The notes below the pieces were generated by a model that was given only the letters and a program-made list of their open reading frames with translations, searched no databases and was not told the origin of the DNA. From NCBI GenBank assembly GCA_010093605.1, contig MU004187.1, forward strand, positions 1,310,018 to 1,374,017: a stretch of 64,000 nt of DNA. The letters are read 5' to 3'. The position numbers were made by a program, and so were the translations under genes. The DNA is from Lophium mytilinum (Eukaryota). Positions within the stretch are counted from its first letter, which is position 1, and every line of letters begins with the position of its first letter. Below are positions 22,118 through 34,800 of the stretch, in pieces.

Positions 22118-22237
22118 GGCGATGGTTGTCGCGAAGCGCTCCTGGGATTACTTCACGGCTGAGTGGAAGGAGACGTGAGTGGTCGAAAGTCGGTATCACG
22201 GATTTTCAGTTATATAATGCAACTCTTGACGATCTTG

Positions 22238-22274
22238 ACGCGTGACTTCGGACTGAATTCTCGTTGCGACGCGT
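22238..22274. promoter_or_regulatory. Two MCB (ACGCGT) elements upstream of the histone-fold gene
   Basis: Perfect ACGCGT at 22238-22243 and 22269-22274 in the divergent intergenic region. Confidence 0.5.
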
Positions 22275-22482
22275 GCGAGAAGGTGAGCGGTGGGTAGGAG
22301 GTGGTGGGGAAGATTCCAGTTGGGGTTGCTTTGTGGCAGAAAGCGGAGTGGCGCAGCTGGGAAGGGCACCTCCGAAGAGCTTAAACGTCGAGAACGATCA
22401 CATATGCACCAGCTTTCGAATAACGGCACTGTAAAAGCGACTCAAAGGGAGCTTCTACGAAGAACGAAGCGCACACGATGCG

Positions 22483-25400
22483 ATGAACCGTCGATCGAGC
22501 TCAAACTCTACAGCCCGCCCACCATTGCGCAGTGGATCATATACTCCGTCCGCTCGCTCGCTCACCCGGCGAATATCTTCTTTCTCGAACGCGGAGCAAG
22601 GAGATGACCAGGCTGCTACCACTACGGAACATGCCATAAAAGAGGAGATCGAGGAGATCAAAAGATATGAGGCATGCTTGGAATTCCGGTGATTTTAAGA
22701 ACTATAACTGATAACTCGTAGGACTTTACCACAATAGGTATTACAACCCTAACACCCGACCTCCAATGCGAACACACACTAAGAAGTTGAAAGACTGGGT
22801 CCAGGATGCTGCACGAGAACAGATTCGGCGGAAGGCACGACGTCAAGAGAAGGCTGGGTTCTTCGAGCGGGAGGGTGGCATAGGATGGAGAAGGAAGCTA
22901 TGGGAGTCCTACGATGCTGGCCAGGCATGGATTGTAGTCACACTAGTCGGTATGGGTCATAAAGGTATCCTGGAAATATTCTTGAAGCTGAATGGTTATA
23001 GGTTCCGCAATCGGACTGAATGCGGCGTTTTTGAACATAGTCACGGAATGGCTATCTGATATTAAGCTAGGACACTGTACTACAGCGTTTTACTTGAATG
23101 AAAGCTTTTGCTGTTGGGGAGCAGAAAACGGTATGTATTGTATCTTCAAGTTTACGTGTAAAGCTAACTAAATAGGATGCCCCGAATGGAAACGGTGGAG
23201 TAGTTTTTGGTTTCTTAACTACATATTCTACATTATTTTTGCTGTAAGACTCATATTATGCTTTGTTTTCAACGAGCTGACCCTTTTAGGCTATATTTGC
23301 AATTACGGCTGGCGTGTTGGTTAAAGCATTTGCACCCTATGCAGCTGGATCAGGCATTTCAGAGATCAAGTGTATCATCGCCGGTTTCGTCATGAAAGGT
23401 TTCCTCGGCGCTTGGACGCTTCTCATCAAGTCTATTGCTTTACCCCTTGCCATAGCCTCTGGACTCTCCGTAGGCAAGGAAGGGCCAAGTGTGCACTATG
23501 CGGTCTGCACAGGCAACGTCATTTCACGATTCTTCAACAAATATAGAAGAAACGCTGCCAAGACTCGTGAGATCTTGAGCGCTTCTGCAGCAGCTGGTGT
23601 GGCTGTAGCGTTTGGTAGTCCGATAGGAGGCGTTTTGTTCTCCTTAGAGGTACGCCTCTCACCTTCGTCACATGGCTACTAGCTAATATGCTGCTAGGAA
23701 ATGTCTAATTATTTCCCTTTAAAAACTATGTGGAGGAGTTACTTTTGTGCTCTTGTGGCTACAGCTGTCCTGGCGGTAAGTCATATCATCTAGCCTACTT
23801 TCTTAGATACTGAGAGTCCATCTAGGCGATGAACCCTTTTAGGACCGGCCAATTGGTCATGTTTCAAGTGAAGTATGACCGCGACTGGCACTTCTTTGAG
23901 ATCCTATTCTACCTCATCATTGGAGTGTTTGGTGGCCTCTATGGCGCCTTCGTCATTAAATGGAACCTGAGAGCTCAGGCTTTCCGCAAGAAATACTTGA
24001 CGAAGTATCCAATCTTGGAGGCAACCGTCCTGGCTGTGGTCACGGCCATTATCTGTTATCCAAACATGTTCCTTCGAATTGACATGACGGAGAGCATGGA
24101 AATTCTCTTCCTAGAATGCGAGGGTGGACATGATTACGACGAGTTATGCGAGTACGTCAACCCTTCCTTGATCCGTTTTCTGAACTTTCCACTGACTTCG
24201 AGCAGCCGAAAGAACCGGTGGCGAATGATCTTTTCGCTTGCTATAGCTACCATCGTCCGGACACTGCTGGTCATCATATCGTACGGCTGTAAGGTTCCAG
24301 CTGGTATATTCGTGCCGTCCATGGCGATCGGTGCCTCCTTTGGGCGCATGGTCGGCATCTTCGTGCAGTATCTCCACGAATCGTTCCCAACATCCGCTTT
24401 TTTTGCCGGCTGCCAGCCTGATGTTCCGTGCATCACCCCAGGCACATATGCATTTCTTGGTGCGGCTGCCGCGCTGAGTGGAATAATGCACATCACGGTG
24501 TCTGTTGTAGTGATTATGTTTGAGTTGACTGGAGCTCTGACTTATATCCTGCCAACTATGGTAAGTAATGCCTTCTACTGCCCTGGGGAAAGGCTAATGG
24601 ATTTTTAGATTGTAGTTGGTGTCACGAAAGCTGTAGGAGAGCGGTTTGGTAAAGGTGGCATTGCTGATCGCGCCATCTGGTTCAATGGATTTCCATTCCT
24701 TGACAACAAGGAAGAACATACTTTCGGAGTACCAGTGTCTCAGGTCATGACCTCAAACGTTGTTGCCTTGCCGGCTGCTGGTCTCGAAATTCGAGCGATA
24801 GAGCGCATCATGGCGGAGAACAAGTTCCAAGGCTACCCGGTCGTTGACGACGTTACGTCTAAGATACTAATTGGCTACGTTGGTCGCACCGAGCTGAGAT
24901 ACGCGATCGACCGAGCGAAGCGGGAACAGATGGCTCCTGGACATGCGAAATGCTATTTCACATCGACATCCGCCTCTACAACGACCCCGTCGTCGTCCAT
25001 GCCGTCGGTCACATTTGACACGATGGCAGCCACTTCTGCCCAACTAAACGTCGACATGTCGCGTTTTATGGACCCCACGCCGCTCTCGGTGCACCCTCGC
25101 CTACCTTTGGAGACGGTCATGGAGCTTTTTAAAAAGATGGGCCCCCGAGTGATTCTAATAGAGTACCGTGGCCGCCTGACCGGCCTAGTCACTGTCAAGG
25201 ACTGCTTGAAGTATCAGTTCAAGGTGGAGGCTCAAGAGAACCCGCGGGATGATCGTACACTGAACGAAGGTCAGGAACGAGTGTGGAGTGTTATGCATCA
25301 GGTCGCGGTCTGGTTTGACGTCCGGCTGAATGAGTTGAGACGGAGGTTGGGAATCGGAAGTGGGCCAGGAATCCAGCTTCACAGTCCCATCAGCCAGACC

Positions 25401-25508
25401 AGTTCGATGGACCGAGGGCAGCATAGTGCTGAGGACGAGCGGCCGTCCATAGAGCTCGAGGACCGCCCGCGTGGACGAAGAGGTCCAGATCACGTGGAGG
25501 TTCGGTAG
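22483..25508 (+). CDS. CLC-family chloride channel/exchanger (Gef1/ClC-3-like) with CBS domains, about 9 introns
   Basis: YEDFTTIDWVQD (built via a GC-AG intron and a 16-nt exon), [30 protein letters not shown]-terminal CBS pair. Confidence 0.95.
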
Positions 25509-25872
25509 TTAGATTCTCACCATAATGAACAGTACAAAGACGATGCCTATCATCACGCCGTTAAGTGATTTTAGAACAAAGAAACCCATCTATCATGCCT
25601 TTCACCATCTCAATAATGCCTGCAGGAGGCCGCCGGATATGCAGGGGAAGCGTTAGACGACGGCTTGGCGCATGAGGCACGTGCGGGCCGCCTCGATCGC
25701 GTCGCTCCGCGTTGTTGAAAGAGGTTGACATTATTTTCGACAACATCACCCTCCATCACCTCCACCCCTCCTCCGCCGATATACTCCGGCCTCACCCTTA
25801 TTCGGCCTCCTCTCACCACCCAGGAAGTGTCGAACCACATGTCGCCCTCCGAAACCTGCGCCTAATCTCAAC

Positions 25873-28800
25873 ATGGAGGTGGCCCCTGGAGCCACCAACG
25901 GCGTGCACTCCCCGAATTCCTCCCCTCCGACAATAGACCCCCAGATCATAGTCGACCATCTCGCCCGGGTCTTAAAGGTCACATTAGGAGCTTCAGATGA
26001 AGACCTCTCCTCGCCGGGTAGTCTGCTGTCACCCGCACGACTGCAGGATACTCTGCAGCGGTGTACACGATTCGCCCTCGAGTCACAGGAGGCAATATAC
26101 GTGCAGAAGGATGTCGTGGACGCCCCTCATATAGATAGTCTAGACGGAACTTCAGGTAAGCCCATAGCAATTAATCAAAAGCTCTGGCTAATAAGGGTTG
26201 TAGGCACCCTTTCGCATTACACTTACGTCCTATCCACGGAGTTCTCTTTCTCACCTGCCTGCTTCGCATGCATTGCTATAATCAAACCCCCACAACCCAT
26301 CGATCCCGGGCTGCCGATAAGTGACCAGGTCTCAATAGTCAATCTTCCTGGAATCCGAAGCCTTAATAATACACCCTCTTCACAAGGCCAGGGATCGAAC
26401 CCTTACGAAGCTTTACATTCTCTTGTGCGCTTGGCGCTGGCGCCTTTTCTCAATGAATCTACAAAGAGCCAGCGAGGCCCGCAAGGTGCCTGGGGCGTAA
26501 AGGGGGATAATGGAGCGCGGGCGACTGGGATACCGGGAGCTAAGAAGAAGATGGCTGAGCTGGAACAGAGTCTGAAGCAGCTGCAGCAGGATGTCGATAT
26601 TCCGGAGCTAGTCTTGCCACTACATCCTGTAATAGCATCCGCCCTCGACTCCGCTGAGCAGCGAGCCGTCAAGCCAAGCCCAGAGCTTATACCTGCTGCA
26701 GTTCTTGCGGACAGCACGTTTCTGAATGGTCTTCAATCGACTGTCAACGGCTGGATCAAATCAATTCAGAGTATAACGAAGCATACTCGTGATCCAAGTA
26801 GCGGCAGCGCAGCTCAGGAGATTACTTTCTGGATTTCCATGGAATCCCGGCTCGAGGATATTGAAACCCAACTCCGAAGTGAAGGCGTACGGCTAACTCT
26901 CGATGTTCTCAAGAATGCGAAGCGGTTCCAAGCCACCGTGAGCTTTAGCGCAGATACCGGTCTGAAGGAAACTACAGATATGGTACAGAAGTACAATCAG
27001 TTAATGCGGGATTTCCCTCTGGATGAGCTGCTCTCGGCAACGTCATTACGGCAAGTGGAGGACGCAATCGCGCAAATCTTTGGCCACATGAACAAGAAGC
27101 TCCGCATATGTCCGTATCCTGTTCGACGAGCACTCCCATTAGTTGAAGCCATCTCCGCGGACTTGGACTTGCGCTTGCACGCTCTTCTCCATGGCAAATC
27201 TTTGATGCATTTGGACTACCCAGAGTTCCAATCGATCATGGAGGCTTCCGACCGCATATGGCGCATTTGGGACGAGAATGTCAAAGAGTTCACGAATGTT
27301 GCCCGTGAAGTCACGAGGAGGAGAAATGAGAAATTCATACCGATCAAAATTGCTGCTCGCCACATCGACACCCAGGATCGCCTGAAGTATATTGGAACCT
27401 TCCGCAAGAATCATGAACAGTTACAACGAACAATTGTGAACGTTCTAGGTTCGAGTGCTGCACCGAAAGCCGTAACCGATGGCTCACAGCGTCAAGAAAC
27501 AGTGATCCTCGAGGAGATTGGGGATGTTGACGCTGTCGAAGAAGTAGCTCAGGCTTATGCTGTCCTCAAAGATGTTGACGTTCTAGATGTCACTCAGGAA
27601 GGCACGAGACTTTGGGTACAGGCTGAGCAAACCTACAACGATCGTACTTCACGAGTCGAAAACTCTATCATTGCTCGGCTGAGGGATCGTCTGGGGACCG
27701 CAAAAACCGCCAACGAAATGTTCCGCGTTTTCTCAAAATTCAACCCCCTATTCGTGCGGCCAAAAATCCGAGGAGCCATTTCTGAGTACCAAACCCAGCT
27801 CATCGACAGCGTCAAGAACGACATTTCGGCGTTACACGAGCGTTTCAAGCAGCAGTACGGCAATTCGGAGGCACACGCGATGGCACAGTTACGAGATTTT
27901 GCCCCCGTTTCCGGCGCGGTCATTTGGGCCCGCCAAATCGAGCGGCAGCTGGACGGATACATGAAGAAAGTGGAAGACATCCTCGGAAAGGACTGGACAT
28001 TGCATGCAGAAGGCCAAAAGCTTGAGGCTGAAAGCACTATGTTTAGGAGGAAGCTCGATACCCGACCTATATTCGAATCTTGGCTCCAAGACGTGGCGAG
28101 GCGAAAACTCTCTATCGCTGGCCGCCTCTTTCTAATCTCTCGGAATAGGGCTGCTGGGAACTCCCTGGAACTAAGCGTGAACTTTGACGCCGCCATCATC
28201 GCTTTGTTCAAAGAAGTTCGGAATTTGACATGGCAACGCTACCAAATTCCACATGCGATCAACAACATATCGAAAGAGGCCAAGCGGGTATATCCATATG
28301 CCGTCAGCTTGATGGAGAGCATCCGGACTTATTCGCAGACGATCAAACAAATCGAAGAAATGCCAGAAGTATCGATGCTACTAAATGGCTACCTGAGCGA
28401 CACTCAGAGCCTCATTGTAAAGGGAATACCTCTCAAATGGGAGTCCTTCGTTCACGCTTATGACCTGCACATCAGACAGGGCCAATTCGCACCTTCCGAT
28501 CGCGCTGGGACTTCGTTAAGAAAAGAAAGCAAACACGTTCAGTTTGTCCGAGATTTCGCTGATGCTACTTCGAAGCTCCAGTCAAAGACCCTGAATTTGT
28601 CCCAAGTGAACACCAGTGTGGAGAAAGCACTCCGAGATCTTGAGACCTGTCCCTATGGAGTAGAATCTTTCCGCACCAATCTGGAATCCATACAAAAAGC
28701 TGTCGACCACCTGAGCTTAGAGAGTTATGCGAACCTTAACATCTGGGTTGCACAGCTTAACTCGAGGCTCGAATCAATTCTATTGACGCGACTTAATAAG

Positions 28801-31800
28801 GCCATCGTGGAGTGGATTGAAGTTTTCAGCAACGCAGAGAATAATGAACGCCGGAATATAGTCCATTCTACCGACTTGGTAGATCCAGGAAAACAGTTGC
28901 CGAAGATGGCAAATCTCGTCCACGAAATTACGATGCGGAATCAGCTCATATACCTCGACCCACCGTTAGAGTTTGCCAGAGCAAGTTGGTTAGACCAGTT
29001 GCATCAATGGCTTGGCGTAATTTGCACCTTGCAGAAGGTCAAGGCCTCTCGCTATCATTTGCAGCTGCAAGCTACGAACGACGCGACGTCCTCCCAATTC
29101 TCCGACCTCCCAAGTCGATGCACAGATTCTTTGACATTGGTCTACAGCGTCGTTGAAGAAGAAATACGCGCAATAGGGGATTATGTGGATAAGTGGCTCC
29201 AATTCCAATCGTTATGGGATCTCCAGTCAGAGCACGTGTATGAAGTTCTCGGAGAGGACCTTTCCCAATGGCTTCAGCTTCTACAAGAAATTCGCAAGAC
29301 CCGAGGAACTTTCGACACCTCCGAGGTCTCACGCTCCTTTGGATACGTAACAATTGACTACGAGCAAGTACAAGTCAAGGTTAACGCCAAATACGATCAA
29401 TGGCAACACGAGATTCTACTCAAGTTCGCTTCGAGACTGGGCACTCACATGACGCAGGTTTTCATCGACATCGAGCAGGCACGCAAAGCTTTGGAGAACC
29501 AGGCACTTGAAGCATCATCAACGACTCAAGCTGTTTTCTTCATTACAATTGTGCAACAATCCAAACGTAAAGCCGAGGCATGGGGACCGGACGTGGAGAT
29601 TTTCCGTCAGGGGCAAACGGCTCTCAGTCGTCAGCGGTGGCAGTTTCCAACTGACTGGCTCCACATGGAACAAATCGACCATGAGTGGACAGCTTTTAAC
29701 GACGTTCTTGAACGCAAGAGCAAGATCGTTAATGATCAGACCGATGCCCTCCGAGCCCAGATCATAGCCGAAGACAAGGTTGTATCCCAAAAGATTGCGG
29801 ACATAACATCGCAGTGGGCAGAAGAAAAACCAATATCTGGCACTATTCCCCCAGAAGAAGCCGCTGCGACACTCCAACACTTCGACACCAAGCTTTCGAA
29901 ACTTCGCGACGAGTCCATCAATATCGCGAAGGCAAAGGAGGCACTCGATATTCCCGCGTCTGCAGATAACATGCTGTCCGCGCTTTTAGAAGAGGTCCAG
30001 GACTTCACGTCGGTCTGGTCTGCCTTGACCTCAATCTGGAACAGCCTGAACGAGCTTAGGGAAATGCTCTGGACAAGCGTGCAGCCACGAAAACTGCGAT
30101 CCTCAATCGACAACCTCCTGAAGCTGACGAAGGACATGCCCAGTCGCATGCGTCAATATGCCGCATTTGAACATATTCAGAACGTTCTTCGACAGCTTCT
30201 GAAAGTGAATCCGCTGCTCGCCGAACTGCGATCAGAAGCTGTGAGAGAGAGGCATTGGATTAAAATCTTCAAGCAACTAAAACCCAACAAGAGATATTCT
30301 CAGCTGCAACTGACCCTTGGAGACGTCTGGGACCTAAAACTGTCTGCCACCGAGGCTATTGTCCGGGGCGTAATCACTCAAGCCCAAGGAGAAATGGCAT
30401 TGGAGGAGTTCCTTCGGCAAGTCCGAGACACTTGGCAAAATTACGCATTGGAGCTTGTCAATTATCAGAACAAGTGTCGACTCATCCGCGGATGGGACGA
30501 TCTTTTTGCTAAATGCAGCGAAAACCTTAACTCTCTCCAAGCCATGAGGCACTCGCCCTACTACAAGGAATTCGAAGAGGATGCCTCAGCATGGGAGGAG
30601 AAGCTCAACCGCGTCCATGTGCTCTTTGACGTGTGGATTGACGTTCAGCGCCAATGGGTTTACCTAGAAGGGGTCTTCACAGGTAATGCTGACATCAAGC
30701 ATCTTCTACCTATGGAATCCTCTAGATTTCAGAACATCAACTCTGAGTTTCTCTCGGTCATGAAGAAAGTCTCCCGGTCTAACTTCGTTTTGGATGTTCT
30801 GTCAATCTCGGGCGTTCAGAAATCACTAGAACGACTGGCTGAACTACTGAACAAAATTCAGAAAGCCTTGGGAGAGTACCTCGAAAGGGAGAGAGTATCG
30901 TTCCCACGTTTCTATTTCGTAGGCGACGAAGATCTCCTGGAAATTATCGGCAACAACAACGACACACTTCGGATTGCTAAACATTTGCGAAAAATGTTTG
31001 CAGGCATTAACGGCCTCATCAGCGACGATAATTCCACTATTCTCGGGTTCACCTCCAAAGAAGGAGAGCAAGTGATGCTCAGGAAAGAGATCTCCCTGGC
31101 CAAGACTCCTCGTGTCAACGAATGGCTAGGAGCCCTTGAACTCAATATGAAGATCGCTCTTGCGGAGCTGCTCCACGAGGCAGTCCAGGAATTTACCGAT
31201 CTCTTCGCCGCTGATACTATGGATGCTGCCGCATTTGAGACCTATATTGCGAAGTTTCCAGCTCAAATCGTTGTTCTAGCTACTCAAGTGTGCTGGACTT
31301 CATCAGTAGAGCATTCTTTGCAGCAACAAGGTGCCTCGCTACCGAATCTCTACGACAAGCAAGTGAGCGCACTCAAGCTGCTTGCTACTGCCGTTCTCGG
31401 AGACTTGGAAATCATTCATCGGAGGAAGTGTGAGCATCTCATCACCGAATTCGTTCATCAGCGCGACGTCATTGGCAGGCTTCGAAATGCTGGCGCCCAA
31501 TCTCCAAACCATCATTTGTGGCTCCTCCAGATGCGTTACGTCTACGAACCAGAGAGAGAACTGATGCAGCGTCTGAGAATCATGATGGCGAATGCAACTC
31601 TCGACTATGGTTTCGAGTACTTAGGCGTTGCAGAGCGTCTCGTTCGGACTCCTCTTACCGACCGCTGTTTCTTAACCTTGACCCAGGCCTTATGCCAGCG
31701 ACTTGGAGGATCTCCGTATGGACCGGCAGGAACAGGTAAAACTGAGTCCGTCAAAGCCTTGGGTGTCCAGCTTGGTCGATTCACTCTAGTATTCTGTTGC

Positions 31801-34800
31801 GACGATACCTTCGACTTCCAAGCAATGGGCCGTATATTCCTCGGTATTTGCCAGGTTGGTGCATGGGGCTGTTTCGATGAGTTCAATCGTCTCGAGGAGC
31901 GCATTTTGTCAGCTGTGTCCCAGCAGGTTCAGAATATTCAACTGGGTCTGAGAAAAGGCGCCTTGGAAGATAAATCTGAGATTGAGCTGATCGGGCGACA
32001 ACTTCGAGTCAACCCTGACACTGGAATCTTCATCACCATGAATCCCGGGTACGCAGGGAGATCTAACCTCCCCGACAATCTAAAGAAGCTATTCAGAAGT
32101 GTTGCTATGTCCAAGCCGGACAAGGAGCTTATCGCCGAAGTCATGCTTTACTCGCAGGGTTTCTCTCGCGCCAAAGAATTGTCGACCCAGGTCGTCCCAT
32201 TTTTCGACACATGTCTTGCCAGCTTGTCCAAGCAAGCCCATTATGATTTCGGCCTACGGGCGCTGAAGAGCGTTCTTGTCAGCTCCGGTGGATTAAAACG
32301 GGCACGGATCGCTGCGCAAGGTGGATTGCCGGACGAAGATGTAATCGAGCCCCAGATCATCGTTCAAAGCTTGCGAGAGACTATGGCTCCAAAACTGATT
32401 GCCTCCGATGTCGAAATCATGAAAGAAATTGAAGCCAAATCGTTCGCAGGAGTCGAGTATATTCCTGCGCCTCTCGATAAATTGGAACAAGCAATTCGCG
32501 ATTCTGCCGCAGAATCTAAATTCGTGGTAAGCGACTCCTGGATGACGAAGATCCTGCAGTTGTATCAGATTCAAGCTCTTCATCACGGTGTTATGATGGT
32601 CGGTTCATCAGGGTCCGGAAAGTCGGCAGCATGGAGAACACTTTTATCAGCGCTCCAGCGCGTTGAAGGAACAGAAGGTGTCTTCCATGTTATCGATCCA
32701 AAGGTTATGTCAAAGGAGAACCTTTATGGCACGCTGGATAGCACAACGCGAGAGTGGACCGACGGCCTTTTTACTGGCATCCTACGCAAAATCGTCGACA
32801 ACCTTCGTGGCGAAGATACTAAACGACACTGGATTGTCTTTGACGGCGATGTCGACCCCGAGTGGGTGGAGAACTTGAACAGCGTGTTGGACGACAACAA
32901 GCTTCTCACACTTCCCAACGGAGAACGTCTTAATCTCCCGTCGAACGTACGCATCATGTTCGAGGTCGAGACTCTGAAATACGCTACGCTGGCAACCGTC
33001 AGTCGATGCGGTATGGTCTGGTTCAGCGATGACACAGTGAGCGTAGACATGATGATCTCAAACTACATCCAGAATCTGAGAGAAATCGTTTTCGAGGATC
33101 TTGAAGACGACTCTGTTGCCCCAGGACAATTGTCGCAGAAAATTCTCACCGTGCAGGGTCAAGTAGCAGACTTCCTCCAAATCAAGTTGTCGGAGGATCG
33201 ATTTATCGAAAAGGCTCTTAGCACGGCTCGCAAATTCAAGCACATCATGGAGTACACCGACATTCGCGCATTGAATACGCTCTTCTCACTTCTCAATAAG
33301 AGCTGCAGGTCAATCCTAGAGTACAATGTACAACATCAAGATTTTGGCCTAGACGACAGCCAAGTTGAGTCATATTTATCGAAGAAGCTGCTACTTGCCT
33401 TAGTCTGGTCCTTAGTCGGCGATTGTCCCCTGGCTGAGCGAAAAGGCTTCGGCCATATTGTTGCCAGTCTGACCAACGTCGAAATTCCAATCTTGAACGA
33501 GGCCACCTCTCTCATCGACTACGACGTCTCTTTACCACAAGCGGAGTGGACATTGTGGCAGTCTCAAGTTCCAAATGTAGAGGTCAATACGCACTCTATC
33601 ACTCAGACGGATGTCGTTATTCCAACCCTTGACACTATCCGCCATGAGGATGTGCTGTACTCTTGGCTTGCGGAACACAAACCGCTACTACTCTGTGGTC
33701 CTCCTGGATCTGGAAAGACTATGACTCTTTTCAGTGCCCTAAGGAAGCTACCGAACATGGAAGTGGTGGGACTCAACTTCTCCAGTGCGACTACTCCTGA
33801 TCTACTCATCAAAACATTCGAGCAATATTGCGAATACAAGAAGACTCTGAACGGCGTACAACTCACCCCTACCCAAATTGGCCGCTGGCTAGTAATCTTC
33901 TGCGATGAAATCAATTTGCCAGCCCCAGACAAATACGGGACCCAACGAGCCATTTCATTCCTACGACAGCTTGTCGAGCAAAACGGTTTCTGGAGGACGT
34001 CTGACAAGACGTGGGTCACTTTGGATCGCATCCAATTCGTAGGTGCATGCAATCCGCCAACTGATGCTGGCCGTACGCCGATGGCTTTGCGCTTCCTCCG
34101 CCATGCTCCCTTAATCATGGTCGACTACCCCGGAGAACTTTCGCTGCTTCAGATCTATGGGACATTCAACAGTGCGGTGCTAAAAATTATTCCATCGCTA
34201 CGAGGGTATTCAGAGCCTCTCACGAAAGCCATGGTCCAGTTATACGCCGAATCCCAGAAGCGATTCACTGCCGAGATTCAGCCGCACTACGTCTACTCGC
34301 CTCGAGAGCTTACGAGATGGGTTCGTGGTGTTTATGAGGCCATCCGACCCCTCGACACACTGACCGTCGAAGGCTTGGTCCGAATCTGGGCGCACGAGGC
34401 GCTGAGACTGTTCCAAGATCGTCTCATTGCAGAAGAAGAGCGGCAATGGACCGATGAATGTGTCCACCGGGTTGCTTTGGAGCATTTCCCAACTGTTGAT
34501 GAGCAGCAAGCGCTTGGTGGTCCAATCCTATTCTCGAACTGGCTCTCCAAGAACTACGTACCTGTACACCGAGACCAGCTCCGGGATTTCGTCAAAGCCC
34601 GGTTAAAGACTTTCTGCGAGGAAGAAGTAGACGTCCCCCTGATCCTGTTCAACGACGTTCTCGAACACGTTCTCCGCATTGATCGTGTCTTCCGTCAGCC
34701 GCAAGGCCATCTAATTCTCATCGGTGTCAGCGGAAGTGGGAAGACGACCTTGTCCCGCTTTGTAGCTTGGATGAATGGGCTGAAGGTCTACCAGATCAAG

